This document shows positions 29,708 to 39,411 of a stretch of DNA of 64,000 bases, one piece after another. The stretch is from Cytophagaceae bacterium (GTDB lineage Bacteria > Bacteroidota > Bacteroidia > Cytophagales > JAIYAX01). Position 1 is the stretch's first letter; each line of letters opens with the position of its first letter. A program made the position numbers and the translations under genes. Location of the stretch: the NCBI GenBank assembly GCA_027488815.1, contig JAIYAX010000026.1, positions 15,812 to 79,811 on the forward strand, in the 5' to 3' direction. Below the pieces are notes generated by a model, which was not told where the DNA came from, ran no database searches, and was given only the letters and a program-made list of their open reading frames with translations.

Positions 29708-30972
29708 AGCACTTTATTATCAGGCGATTAGTTCAGATGGTACTATTCGTATCCCTGACCTATATTATGTGTTTCATTGCTTTACAGCTTAGCCCCATTA
29801 CACAAAGCTCTTTCGTCTCAAATTCTTCCGGGTCTCAGCGAATGGACTGGGAAGAGAGTGACCATCCTAGCCTTAAACTACCCTGGTTTTATGTTGAAAT
29901 CGGTAGCTTTTCCCTTCCTGTGGTCGCTACTGATGCTGATGCATTAAGCAGGAACAGCAGTCAGATTTTGGCACTGCATTGGGGCAACCGGCACTTGGTT
30001 GATGACTGGTTCCATCATCTCCAATCCCTTAGGTCTTCATGGGCTGAAAATCAATCCAGACGGTCTGCCTATTTTAAAGCATTGAAAAGCCAAAATCCTG
30101 ATGATCTGCTGGAGTGCTTCTGCAAACCCGAGCTGAAAGATGTAGTTCTGAATGGCCTTTGCAATAAGCTGATGCAACATCAGCAGCAATCTTCTTTGGA
30201 TCGATTTTTACCCAAGTTCAGTTGGTATGGTGCTTCATGCAGGTTCCATGAGTGGCTTTTTGTGAGTGGTTTATCCAGTTTCCCAAGTACCGATATGGTG
30301 CTTTGGTCGATGGCACTTGGTGCCGCTACTTTTCTATTTAGTCTGGTGCTTGGTACAGCGTTAGGCTTGCTATTGGTTTGGTTTCCAGCCCCGTTTTTAT
30401 TTAGGCTGTTGAGTGCCTTTTCTTACAGTCTTCCTTCATTTGCCATCGTGGTAATGGTATTTAGCTTGTTTTTGCTACTGGCGCCGGGGGTGGCTTTGCC
30501 TGTGGCTCCAGCTCCTGACTTTAGGTATTTGCTTTATTATTCTCCCATTCAAATTGCAGAAAAGCTATGGCTTCCAGCTTTCGCCTCTGGCCTGGCACCA
30601 GCCTGTTACCTCGCCGCAATTTGGGAGCAATCGATCAGCAAAGAGATGGGACAAGACTATGTGCGAACCCTGCGGGCTAAAGGCATGTCAAAAGGGCTTG
30701 GCATGGCTCGTCATGTACTCAGAAATGCACTTTTTGCCCCCATGGGCGTGATGGTGGTTTATTTACCGGCTTTGTTATCGGGCTCTTTGGTTATGGAAAA
30801 CCTGTTTAGCATACCTGGAATGGGAAGAGAGTTAATGATCCTCTGGCAACAAAAGGATTTTGCAGCTTTGCTGTCTTTGTTTTGTTTTCAAGCCAGCATA
30901 GCTGTTTTGGTCTGGAGCATGTTGGATATCCTTTTGGCCTGGGCTGACCCCAGAATTCGTCTGGAAAAATGA
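29704..30972 (+). CDS. ABC transporter permease (DppB/OppB-like) with an enlarged extracytoplasmic loop
   Basis: 422 aa with a GTG start overlapping the SBP stop (GTGA). The EAA-loop region reads YVRTLRAKGMSKGLGMARHVLRNAL. About 170 aa lie between TM1 and TM2. Confidence 0.85.
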   Translation: MKHFIIRRLVQMVLFVSLTYIMCFIALQLSPITQSSFVSNSSGSQRMDWEESDHPSLKLPWFYVEIGSFSLPVVATDADALSRNSSQILALHWGNRHLVDDWFHHLQSLRSSWAENQSRRSAYFKALKSQNPDDLLECFCKPELKDVVLNGLCNKLMQHQQQSSLDRFLPKFSWYGASCRFHEWLFVSGLSSFPSTDMVLWSMALGAATFLFSLVLGTALGLLLVWFPAPFLFRLLSAFSYSLPSFAIVVMVFSLFLLLAPGVALPVAPAPDFRYLLYYSPIQIAEKLWLPAFASGLAPACYLAAIWEQSISKEMGQDYVRTLRAKGMSKGLGMARHVLRNALFAPMGVMVVYLPALLSGSLVMENLFSIPGMGRELMILWQQKDFAALLSLFCFQASIAVLVWSMLDILLAWADPRIRLEK

Positions 30973-31970
30973 GGGGAAAAAAGAGCTGGCTTAGGCTGTA
31001 TGCAGGTATTCTCCTGATTTTCCTGTTGACAGGGCTGATCGCCATCATCTGGCCACCAGAGATGAAAATGGGGGATAATTCTGAGCGTTTGCTACCTCCG
31101 GGAACCACTGGGCATTTGCTAGGCACCGATGCTTTAGGTAGGGATGTACTTGCAATGCTATTTCAGGGAACCGGACTTAGCCTGCAAGTGGCTTTACCTT
31201 CTTGCCTTATGATTTGGTTACTAGGGATCAGTTTTGGTCTGTTGGCCGGCCTGCCGGGCTACGCCCGGCTACACCTGCCCAGGCAGGTGCCGGCAGCAGC
31301 CTTGGCCGCTGCCGGGCCGGCCGCCTATTACCTCCTCTATATGCCATTTCAAATCCCTTCAACACTCATTGCATTCATTCTTATCGTACTCTTGTTTTTA
31401 CTTATATGGCATTTCTTGCCTCGCCCACAGGCTAAAGTCACCATTCATATTGCTCTATGGGCCCGGAGTGTAATTGAGTTTTTGTCTGTGTTTCCAAGGC
31501 TATTGTTTGTGTTTGTGTTTACCTCAATGTTTTCCAATCACACCCTTAGCCTGATCTTTCTGTTGGGCCTGAGTGGCTGGGCAGGCCTTGCAAGGGTGGT
31601 TTGGACTGAAACCCGCAAAGTGTATGCTCAACCCTATATGGATGCAGCCATTGCGATGGGTTTTACTGAAAGCTACCGGCTGTTGAAGTATGCTTTCCCA
31701 GCAATCTTTCCACTTACGTTAGTGGTACTGAGCTATTCGTTTTCAAGCATCATCATGGCAGAAGCTTCTTTAAGCTTTTTGGAGGTAGGCTTGCCTCCTC
31801 AGGCAGCAACCTGGGGAAGGATGATTTTATCTGCTAAAGCCAATCCGGAGGCATGGTGGCTGTTACTTTTCCCTGTACTGCTTATTTTTGCCATTACATT
31901 TTGTCTTCACCGTTTCACATGGTTAATTACAGCAAAGTATTACAGGAATGGATTTGAGTTGGTATCGTGA
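30969..31970 (+). CDS. ABC transporter permease (DppC/OppC-like)
   Basis: 333 aa with an ATGA overlap to the upstream gene, an N-terminal LLGTDALGRDVL motif and the EAA-loop region YMDAAIAMGFTESYRLLKYAFPAI. Confidence 0.85.
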   Translation: MRGKKSWLRLYAGILLIFLLTGLIAIIWPPEMKMGDNSERLLPPGTTGHLLGTDALGRDVLAMLFQGTGLSLQVALPSCLMIWLLGISFGLLAGLPGYARLHLPRQVPAAALAAAGPAAYYLLYMPFQIPSTLIAFILIVLLFLLIWHFLPRPQAKVTIHIALWARSVIEFLSVFPRLLFVFVFTSMFSNHTLSLIFLLGLSGWAGLARVVWTETRKVYAQPYMDAAIAMGFTESYRLLKYAFPAIFPLTLVVLSYSFSSIIMAEASLSFLEVGLPPQAATWGRMILSAKANPEAWWLLLFPVLLIFAITFCLHRFTWLITAKYYRNGFELVS

Positions 31971-32928
31971 GTTTTCCAGGCCTGAATGGGTATTGGTCAC
32001 CGTTTTTGGACTGTTTTCATTGGTGTTTATTGCAAAGAACATCTTCATAGCGGCTACACTCAAAGTCAATACCGCAGCCATTGTTATCAAATTGCTGATC
32101 CGTAGCCTTTATTTAAGTCTGATCATCCTTGCGTTAATGGGGCCTTTGTTTGGGGAAGTGCAGAAAGAGGTCAAGGCTGTTGGAAGAGATATCTTCATTT
32201 GTGTGGACTTGAGTGAGTCCATGAATGCAAACGACATCAGCCCCTCCAGGCTGTCAAGACTGAAGTACGCATTAAAGACACTCAGTTCCTCATTAAAAGG
32301 AGACCGGATCGGTTTGATCATTTTCTCCAATGAAGCCTTTATGCAATGCCCGCTCACTTTTGATCAGGGTGCACTTCAGCTTTTTATAGAAACGATGAAT
32401 ACGGATCTGTTGCCCTCATCCGGAACAGATTTTGGCCCTCCATTGGATTTGGCCATGAAGAAGTTGATGAATGAAGATGGTGGTACACCCGGTAAGAAAC
32501 TTGCCAGGTTGATATTACTAATAAGCGATGGAGAAGATTTTGGTGAAGAGACGGAGCAGGCTATGGAAAAGGTCAAGGAGAACGGTATTCGGCTTCTTAC
32601 ACTTGGTATCGGTACCCAAGCAGGAGGAAAAATACCGTCAAGTCAGGGAGGCTATTTGAACGATGAAGAAGGAAACGTGGTGATCAGTAAGCTTGAAGAT
32701 GCCTCATTGCGCAAACTTGCTGATGATACAGGTGGCGGTTATTTTGAAATTACCGATGATAAAAGCGAGCTGGATGCACTCATCAACTCAATTAAAAAGT
32801 TCGAAGGAACGGTGAGAGAGAGTCGTACTTTTGATGTTTCTACCAATAAATACATGTACCCTTTGCTTTTAGCTATGGTCTTGATATTGTTTGACTTACT
32901 TATCAAAATCAGAATTATAAGATTATGA
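31948..32928 (+). CDS. Membrane-anchored VWA-domain protein, BatA/BatB-like
   Basis: 326 aa with N- and C-terminal TM segments, a MIDAS motif (DLSESM) and LISDGED. It overlaps the permease gene by 23 nt. Confidence 0.85.
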   Translation: MDLSWYREFSRPEWVLVTVFGLFSLVFIAKNIFIAATLKVNTAAIVIKLLIRSLYLSLIILALMGPLFGEVQKEVKAVGRDIFICVDLSESMNANDISPSRLSRLKYALKTLSSSLKGDRIGLIIFSNEAFMQCPLTFDQGALQLFIETMNTDLLPSSGTDFGPPLDLAMKKLMNEDGGTPGKKLARLILLISDGEDFGEETEQAMEKVKENGIRLLTLGIGTQAGGKIPSSQGGYLNDEEGNVVISKLEDASLRKLADDTGGGYFEITDDKSELDALINSIKKFEGTVRESRTFDVSTNKYMYPLLLAMVLILFDLLIKIRIIRL

Positions 32929-33677
32929 AAATCTTTCTTTTGATCACCTGGCTGGTGGCAGGGGGGGATAGTACTGCGACCAAGTCCAAATTTGATGTTC
33001 ATTCGATCGCCCGCATCAATAAACTTAGCCAGGAAGCTGAGCAGGCGTATCAGAAGAAATCCTATGAGCAGGCTTATCTGCTATATTCAAAGCTGACCGA
33101 TACCCTCAGGTACAGCACGTCATCCATTCATCTCAACAAAGCTCTGAGTGCATTTATGGCCGGGAAGTGGAAAGAAAGTCAGACCGCCTACCAGCAAGTG
33201 CTCAAAGGAAAAGACAAGAAACATAAATCAATAGCCTATCAGCAACTGGGATTGCTTTCATTGAAGGACAATAAAAAAGAGGAAGCACTTGAACAGTTTA
33301 AAAACGCACTATTGAATGATCCTCGTAATGAGCAGGCCAGGTACGACTATGAGTTAGCCCTGAAGCAAAAACAGCAACAACAAAAGCAGGATAAGTCTTC
33401 GAAGCAGGATAAGAAAGAGGAGAAAAAAGAAGAGCAAAAAAAGGAACAGCAACAGAAAAAAGAAGAGCAAAAGGAACAAGAACAACAGGCCTCAGAACAA
33501 GAAAATGAAGAGGAAAAGCAGTCTCAGGCCAGAAAGGAACAGTTTGAAAAGATAAAGATATCAGAAGAGAAAGCGAAGATGTTGCTGGAGGCAATGAAGA
33601 ATAACGAAAAGCAATACCTTCAGCAAATGAAGAAGAAACCAAAGAAGCCAACCAATAAAAATCAAAAAGGCTGGTAA
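32925..33677 (+). CDS. TPR-repeat protein with a K/E/Q-rich tail, BatC-like
   Basis: 250 aa with an ATGA overlap to the VWA gene, TPR-like helices (AYQKKSYEQAYLLYSKL.., ALEQFKNALLNDPRNEQARYDYELA) and then a charged low-complexity tail. Confidence 0.72.
   Translation: MKIFLLITWLVAGGDSTATKSKFDVHSIARINKLSQEAEQAYQKKSYEQAYLLYSKLTDTLRYSTSSIHLNKALSAFMAGKWKESQTAYQQVLKGKDKKHKSIAYQQLGLLSLKDNKKEEALEQFKNALLNDPRNEQARYDYELALKQKQQQQKQDKSSKQDKKEEKKEEQKKEQQQKKEEQKEQEQQASEQENEEEKQSQARKEQFEKIKISEEKAKMLLEAMKNNEKQYLQQMKKKPKKPTNKNQKGW
33360..33540 (+). repeat. Low-complexity A/G-rich coding repeat (K/E/Q-rich)
   Basis: It encodes KQKQQQQKQDKSSKQDKKEEKKEEQKKEQQQKKEEQKEQEQQASEQENEEEKQ and generates the antisense shadow ORF at 33298-33744. 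Confidence 0.7.
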
Positions 33678-33726
33678 TTGTCAGTTTTTGACTCAGATTG
33701 TTCCTGAACATCTGAAGGAGATTGGT

Positions 33727-33734
33727 TATGTTTG
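33727..33734 (+). promoter_or_regulatory. Candidate -7 promoter box (TATGTTTG) upstream of the thiolase operon
   Basis: Perfect TAnnTTTG, 86 nt upstream of the 33820 ATG. Confidence 0.3.
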
Positions 33735-33819
33735 CAATGGCCATTTAATAGATTAGGATGCTTCAACAAGCTCAAAATCAGGTTATTGTTTAGTTCGTTC
33801 GTTAACACATGTAAACATC

Positions 33820-34998
33820 ATGAGAGAAGTATTCATCGTAGCAAGTTCAAGAACACCATTGGGAAGTTATGGAGGAGCCTTGTCAGGCTTTTCTGCTGTT
33901 CAATTAGGTAGCCATGCTATTAAGGGAGCACTTGAGAAAGCAGGAGTGCCGGCCGCTGAGGTACAAGAGGTATTTTTTGGGAATGTAATCGCCTCTAACT
34001 TAGGTCAGGCTCCTGCCCGTCAGGCTGCATTGGGAGCAGGATTAAATAAATCTGTTCCTTGCACTACTGTTAATAAAGTTTGCGCTTCCGGAACCAAATC
34101 AACCATGTTCGGTGCCATCCAGATCATGCTGGGACTGGCGGATGTCGTAGTTACCGGTGGAATGGAAAGCATGAGCAACACTCCCTTTTATCTGGATAAA
34201 GCCCGCTTTGGCTATGGCTACGGCAATGGACAAATCATTGACGGTTTAGCTAAAGATGGCCTTGTAGACGCTTATGGAAATATGGCAATGGGCGTATGCT
34301 CTGACGCTACAGCCGTAAAGCACAACATCAGCAGAGAGCAGCAGGATGAATTTGCCATCAACTCCTATAAAAGATCAGCAGAAGCAACACAGAAAGGCTA
34401 TCTGGCGAATGAAATCAGTCCGATTTCGATCCCTCAAAAGAAAGGGGATGCCCTTTTGATGACTGAGGATGAAGAATACAAAAAAGTGTTTTTTGATAAA
34501 ATTCCGGGCCTCAAGCCTGCATTTACCAAGGACGGTACCACCACTGCTGCCAATGCCTCAACCATGAATGACGGTGCAGTCGCTTTGGTGTTGGCAAGTG
34601 GAGAGAAGGTTAAGCAGTTAGGCCTTAAGCCAATTGCCCGAATTGTATCATTTGCTGATGCTGCGCAGGAGCCTGAGTGGTTCACCACAGCCCCTGTGTT
34701 GGCTGCCCCCATTGCCCTGAAAAGAGCAGGTCTTGACATTAAGGATATTGATGTTTTTGAAGTGAATGAAGCTTTTGCAACAGTCGTACTTGCCTTTGTC
34801 AAGTATTTTAACCTTGACCTTGCGAAGGTGAATCAGTTTGGTGGTGCCATTTCCATCGGCCACCCACTAGGAGCTTCCGGTGCGAGAATCATTGGTGCTG
34901 CTGCTAATGTTCTTCAGACCAAAGGCGGCAAATACGGCCTTGTGGCCATCTGCAATGGTGGTGGCGGTGCTGCTGCTATGGTGATCGAAAAAGTATAA
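33820..34998 (+). CDS. Acetyl-CoA C-acetyltransferase (thiolase II)
   Basis: 392 aa with the active-site Cys context (VNKVCASGTKS), GHPLGASG and C-terminal CNGGGGAAAMVIE. Confidence 0.95.
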   Translation: MREVFIVASSRTPLGSYGGALSGFSAVQLGSHAIKGALEKAGVPAAEVQEVFFGNVIASNLGQAPARQAALGAGLNKSVPCTTVNKVCASGTKSTMFGAIQIMLGLADVVVTGGMESMSNTPFYLDKARFGYGYGNGQIIDGLAKDGLVDAYGNMAMGVCSDATAVKHNISREQQDEFAINSYKRSAEATQKGYLANEISPISIPQKKGDALLMTEDEEYKKVFFDKIPGLKPAFTKDGTTTAANASTMNDGAVALVLASGEKVKQLGLKPIARIVSFADAAQEPEWFTTAPVLAAPIALKRAGLDIKDIDVFEVNEAFATVVLAFVKYFNLDLAKVNQFGGAISIGHPLGASGARIIGAAANVLQTKGGKYGLVAICNGGGGAAAMVIEKV

Positions 34999-35007
34999 TC
35001 ACCAACT

Positions 35008-36348
35008 ATGCTGCGTGTTTTAATGAAAACATGCCTGCTGCTGGGTAGCTTCTGGGGCTACTCGGCAGTTTTTGCACAAACCAAAGTGCAAACCTATTTT
35101 GACTCCGCCAGAACTCAGATTTATGAGGAGTTCCAAGTGCTGGTTGAAGATGGGGAAACGTATCACGGTCCCTACAAAAGATACTATGCTGATGGTAAAC
35201 TGGCTGCCATCATGACTTTTGACAGAGGTAAAAAACAAAACCTATATGAAGAGTATCATCCTAATGGAAAGCTAAAACTCCAGGCCAACTTTAAAGATGA
35301 CCTAAAGGATGGACCCATTCGGATTTTTAGTGAAAGCGGTGTTATTCTTCAAGAGGGGATGTATACCGGGGATCAGCTGGCAGAGGTTTTTAAGACCTAC
35401 TATGAGTCAGGTTCTATTCGCACAGAAGGCAGTTTCGTGGCTGGTAAACCCGAGGGATTGATCAAAGAGTATTATCCCAACGGAAAATTAGCTAAAGAAA
35501 TCACCTACAAAAACAACCAGCCCAACGGTCTTACCCGCACTTTTTACCCCACCGGCGTACTCAAAACAGAAGAAATGTATGTTAAAGGAGACCTGGATGG
35601 TTTCTTCCGTACCTACCACCCTAATGGACAATTGGATACTGAGGCATTCAATCAAAAAGGATCGAAGAACGGTAGTTTTACATCTTTCAATGCTACAGGT
35701 CAGAAAATGATGGAGGGCAGCTTCAAGGAGAATTTTTTAAATGGAGATAACAAAGCCTGGTTTGAAGATGGCAGCCCCCGCCATGAGTTTTTTTATCTGA
35801 TGGGGAGAAAGGAGGGGACAAACAAAAGTTATTACCCCGGCAACAAACTCAAAGAGGTGATGAAATGCAGCAATCAGGAGCGAAACATCGACCAGGTAAG
35901 TTATTTCGAAACAGGTGTAGTATCATCCAGAAGGTCATGGCAGGACAGTTTGCCTGTCGGTGAATGGAACTGGTACCATCCGAATGGAAGTTTGGCACAA
36001 AACGAAAGCTATCGTGGGGGTAAGTTGGAGGGGAAAAAGACTGTTTATTACGAAACCGGCCAACAAAAAAGCAGCGAAAGCTATGAAGAAGGAAAGAAAT
36101 CAGGGCCTTTTCTTGAGTACCATGAAGACGGCTCAAAAAAGGAAGAAGGTCAGTTTCAGCAGGGTAGAAAGCAGGGCTTATTCAAGTTTTATTTGCCTGG
36201 GGGTGTTTTAAGCCATGAAGGGACTTTTCTTAACAATACCCGAAACGGAGAATGGAAGTATTATGACGCAAACAAGAAGCTAATCAAAACAGAAACGTAT
36301 CGATACGATAAACTGATGCAAACGAAAACAGCGGAGCGCAAGAAGTAG
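35008..36348 (+). CDS. MORN-variant repeat protein (YwqK-family-like), secreted
   Basis: 446 aa with a signal peptide, then more than 12 tandem units of about 23 aa of the type Y(Y/H)PNGKL..E..Y..G...G. Confidence 0.8.
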   Translation: MLRVLMKTCLLLGSFWGYSAVFAQTKVQTYFDSARTQIYEEFQVLVEDGETYHGPYKRYYADGKLAAIMTFDRGKKQNLYEEYHPNGKLKLQANFKDDLKDGPIRIFSESGVILQEGMYTGDQLAEVFKTYYESGSIRTEGSFVAGKPEGLIKEYYPNGKLAKEITYKNNQPNGLTRTFYPTGVLKTEEMYVKGDLDGFFRTYHPNGQLDTEAFNQKGSKNGSFTSFNATGQKMMEGSFKENFLNGDNKAWFEDGSPRHEFFYLMGRKEGTNKSYYPGNKLKEVMKCSNQERNIDQVSYFETGVVSSRRSWQDSLPVGEWNWYHPNGSLAQNESYRGGKLEGKKTVYYETGQQKSSESYEEGKKSGPFLEYHEDGSKKEEGQFQQGRKQGLFKFYLPGGVLSHEGTFLNNTRNGEWKYYDANKKLIKTETYRYDKLMQTKTAERKK

Positions 36349-36349
36349 C

Positions 36350-37291
36350 ATGAGACCAGTACTCACGTCCACCCATTTTGAATTACCGGGTCAGTTGGCC
36401 TGCTACAAAGGCAAAGTAAGGGATGTTTATCACCTGGGAGAGCGGCTCGTCATGGTGGCAACAGATAGAATCTCTGCATTTGATGTCATCCTGCCCCGTG
36501 CGATCCCCGACAAAGGCCGCATTCTCAATACCATTGCTGCGAAAAACCTTCTAGCCACGGCAGACCTGGTTCCCAACTGGTTATTGCAAGTGCCGGACCC
36601 AAATGTCAGCATTGGCCTTGCCTGTGAGCCAATTAAAATTGAAATGGTGGTGAGAGGTTATCTGGCTGGCCATGCCTGGAGGCAATATGCAGCCGGCCAT
36701 CGTAAATTATGCGGAGCGTATCTTCCAGAGGGCCTAAAGGAAAACGATCCATTTCCGAAACCATTGATCACCCCAAGCACCAAAGCCGATGAGGGTCATG
36801 ATGAAGATACTACCCCCTCGGAACTGACTAAAAGAGGCATTGTAAATCCGGAGGAGTGGGATCAGTTGAGCAGTTATTCGCTTGCTCTTTTCCAAAGAGG
36901 TACCGAGATGGCCGCCCAGAGAGGATTGATACTGGTCGATACCAAATATGAGTTTGGCCGCCATGAGGGTGGCATTTACCTCATAGACGAAGTACATACT
37001 CCCGACTCATCAAGATACTTTTATGCCGAGGGATATGAGCAAAGGCAGCAAAAGGGAGAGAAGCAAAAACAACTATCCAAGGAGTTTGTCAGGGAATGGC
37101 TCATGGACCATGGCTTTAGCGGCAAGGAAGGTCAGCAAATCCCGGAAATGACGGATGAAGTCGTAGAAAGTATCTCCTCAAGATACCATGAACTGTACCA
37201 GCAACTCACCGGAGAGGAGCTTCCAGAGATCGATTTATCACAAGCCATTGATCAAAGGATATTGCACCGCTTAAAGCCCTTATTGGATTAA
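36350..37291 (+). CDS. purC: Phosphoribosylaminoimidazole-succinocarboxamide (SAICAR) synthase
   Basis: 313 aa with motifs [16 protein letters not shown] and [11 protein letters not shown]. Confidence 0.93.
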   Translation: MRPVLTSTHFELPGQLACYKGKVRDVYHLGERLVMVATDRISAFDVILPRAIPDKGRILNTIAAKNLLATADLVPNWLLQVPDPNVSIGLACEPIKIEMVVRGYLAGHAWRQYAAGHRKLCGAYLPEGLKENDPFPKPLITPSTKADEGHDEDTTPSELTKRGIVNPEEWDQLSSYSLALFQRGTEMAAQRGLILVDTKYEFGRHEGGIYLIDEVHTPDSSRYFYAEGYEQRQQKGEKQKQLSKEFVREWLMDHGFSGKEGQQIPEMTDEVVESISSRYHELYQQLTGEELPEIDLSQAIDQRILHRLKPLLD

Positions 37292-37318
37292 ATCACTATA
37301 TTTGAAAAAAAACCGGAC

Positions 37319-37702
37319 ATGAAATTCTCATTGGATAAGCGTGAAAAGCTTACCATCCTCAGGCTGGAAGAAGAAAAAGTGGAGTCGCTCACAGCACCCA
37401 AACTGAAGTCGGAGCTGGTGAAACTTAGTGCAGAAGGATTTCCCAATTTAGTACTTGATCTTTCAGCAGTTAAATACATAGATTCCTCAGGCTTAAGTGC
37501 CTTGTTGGTTGGCCATAGAGTGTGCAAAGAAAACGAAGGGCTGTTCGTTATCACCGGCGTAAATGATCATGTATTCAAGCTGATCCGTATATCTCAGTTG
37601 GACAGTGTGTTTGAACTGCTTCCAACCAATGAAGAGGCTGTCGATGCTATCTTTATGAACGAGATTGAAAAGCAATTAAACGAGAACAGCCCGGAAAGTT
37701 AA
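37319..37702 (+). CDS. STAS-domain protein (anti-sigma-factor antagonist-like)
   Basis: 127 aa with a SpoIIAA-like layout and the conserved Ser context YIDSSGLSALL. Confidence 0.85.
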   Translation: MKFSLDKREKLTILRLEEEKVESLTAPKLKSELVKLSAEGFPNLVLDLSAVKYIDSSGLSALLVGHRVCKENEGLFVITGVNDHVFKLIRISQLDSVFELLPTNEEAVDAIFMNEIEKQLNENSPES

Positions 37703-37706
37703 TCTT

Positions 37707-38642
37707 TTGGATTTTCAGCTATTGGTGTTGGGGAGCGGCTCAGCTGCACCCCGTCTCGACAGACGATCTCCGGCTCAATTAATCACCTATCATGATCAGG
37801 CTTTCCTGATTGATTGTGGGGAAGGTACACAATATGAGTTATTGAGACATGGGATTAAAGTCTCCCGGATCAGCAGAATATTGATTTCACATCTGCATGC
37901 AGATCACTGTTTGGGCCTTTTTGGCTTACTTTCTACCTTCAATCTTCACGACCGTAAGCAAGCCTTAACCATTCATGGTCCCACCGGACTTTCAGAATGG
38001 CTTTATACCCTTGCTAAACTCACCCAAACGTTTTGGAAATACCCGCTTGAAGTGATTGAGCATGACACCTCTCATCCAAGCCTGATTGTTGATGAGCCAG
38101 ATCTGGAAATCATGACCATACCGCTACACCATAAGCTTCCATGTGCTGGCTTTTTGATCAAAGAGAGACGATCCAGAGTTAAACTCGACCGGGATAAATT
38201 ACCTTCCTTCCTGTCAGATCAACAAAAAGCTGCCCTGGCAAGGTCTGAGTCCGTGAAAGGGCCAGAAGGACAGTGGATTCACCCTGCCGATGTTGAAGCA
38301 GAAACTCCCGGTCTGAGGTCCTTTGCCTATTGCAGCGATACCAACTTTAAGCCTGACCTTTGCGAATGGATCGAAGGAGTGGGTACGCTTTATCATGAGG
38401 CTACTTTTGCGTCAGATCTGGTAGAAAGGGCCCGGCTTACACTTCACAGCACGGGTCAGGAAGCGGCAACAATTGCGTATATGGCAAAGGTCAAAGAGTT
38501 GCTGATTGGGCATTTTTCAAGCCGATATGAGAGCCCGGAACGAATTTTAGCGGAAGCAAAAGAAATATTTTCTGCAACCTTCGCAGTTTATGATGGGTTT
38601 TACCATTCAATAGCTGCGCATCAATCGTTTGAAAGACCGTAA
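37707..38642 (+). CDS. rnz: Ribonuclease Z (MBL-fold)
   Basis: 311 aa with a TTG start, N-terminal LGSGSAAP and the HxHxDH motif (SHLHADH). Confidence 0.85.
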   Translation: MDFQLLVLGSGSAAPRLDRRSPAQLITYHDQAFLIDCGEGTQYELLRHGIKVSRISRILISHLHADHCLGLFGLLSTFNLHDRKQALTIHGPTGLSEWLYTLAKLTQTFWKYPLEVIEHDTSHPSLIVDEPDLEIMTIPLHHKLPCAGFLIKERRSRVKLDRDKLPSFLSDQQKAALARSESVKGPEGQWIHPADVEAETPGLRSFAYCSDTNFKPDLCEWIEGVGTLYHEATFASDLVERARLTLHSTGQEAATIAYMAKVKELLIGHFSSRYESPERILAEAKEIFSATFAVYDGFYHSIAAHQSFERP

Positions 38643-39411
38643 ACAAATCCTTTTTCTACTCCTCGCAGGAGTTTTTATCAGCAATGCGCTTCTGGCAGAA
38701 CTCGTTGGTGTTAAAATTTTTTCACTCGAAAAAACCTTTGGGCTCCTTCCACTTGATTGGACCCTATTCGGGCTGGAGTCATTGGACATGAACCTGACGG
38801 CAGGAGTGATCCTTTGGCCAGTGGTATTTATCACTACTGATCTTATCAATGAGTATTTTGGAAAGTCAGGTGTAAAACTCATCAGTTTTCTGACTGCCGG
38901 GCTTATTGCTTATGCTTTTATCATCCTGTTGTTTGTCAATAGACTGGCACCTGCGGATTTTTGGCTTCAAGTGAATGGCCTAGACTCTTCAGGAAAGACA
39001 TTTGATATCAACTATGCTTTCAATACGATTTTCAGTCAGGGTATGGGTATTATTGTCGCCTCACTCTTTGCATTTCTTGTTGGGCAGCTCTTGGATGTTT
39101 ATGTGTTCCATCGCCTTCGAATGCTAAGCGGTTCACGATGGATTTGGTTAAGAGCTACAGGCAGTACTCTGGTTTCTCAATTCATCGATAGCTTTTTGGT
39201 TCTTGGAATCGCATTTTACTTGCTGGGCAATTGGTCGATCCAAATGGTGTTGGCTGTAGGCCTGATCAACTACCTCTATAAATTTACAGTAGCCTTATTA
39301 CTTACCCCTTTGCTTTATCTTGTGCATACCAGAATCGAGGCGTACCTGGGTAAACAGGCAGCAGAAGAGCTTTCTGAGCAGGCCAGTAAGGAAAGTAAGG
39401 GCTTTTTTTAA
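38629..39411 (+). CDS. yhhQ: Queuosine-precursor transporter (YhhQ/VUT family)
   Basis: 260 aa, multi-TM, with WLRATGSTLVSQFIDSFLV typical of YhhQ-type proteins. Confidence 0.82.
   Translation: MKDRKQILFLLLAGVFISNALLAELVGVKIFSLEKTFGLLPLDWTLFGLESLDMNLTAGVILWPVVFITTDLINEYFGKSGVKLISFLTAGLIAYAFIILLFVNRLAPADFWLQVNGLDSSGKTFDINYAFNTIFSQGMGIIVASLFAFLVGQLLDVYVFHRLRMLSGSRWIWLRATGSTLVSQFIDSFLVLGIAFYLLGNWSIQMVLAVGLINYLYKFTVALLLTPLLYLVHTRIEAYLGKQAAEELSEQASKESKGFF

Noticed and set aside
31240-31335. A local GC-rich patch of roughly 70% GC by eye, with two GGCCGGCC palindromes and a repeated CTGCCGGGC. It lies inside the DppC-like permease gene and spawns shadow ORFs at 31202-31435 and 31234-31473.
   Set aside because: It stays in frame and encodes an Ala/Pro/Gly-rich loop (LLAGLPGYARLHLPRQVPAAALAAAGPAAYY). 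I saw no flanking direct repeats or other signs of a mobile insertion. It is most simply a compositionally biased loop.
32961-32967. Homopolymeric G7 near the 5' end of the TPR gene and G8 (46898-46905) near the 3' end of pcm, considered as slipped-strand phase-variation switches.
   Set aside because: A comparable C7 run occurs inside essential gyrB (2040-2046), so such tracts appear tolerated. The pcm tract affects only the last few codons, and there is no supporting evidence of variability from a single sequence.
38560-38642. A possible preQ1 riboswitch ahead of the YhhQ queuosine-precursor transporter.
   Set aside because: The yhhQ-like ORF start overlaps the end of the rnz coding sequence by 14 nt, so there is no free leader. 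I saw no preQ1-type hairpin with an A-rich tail.
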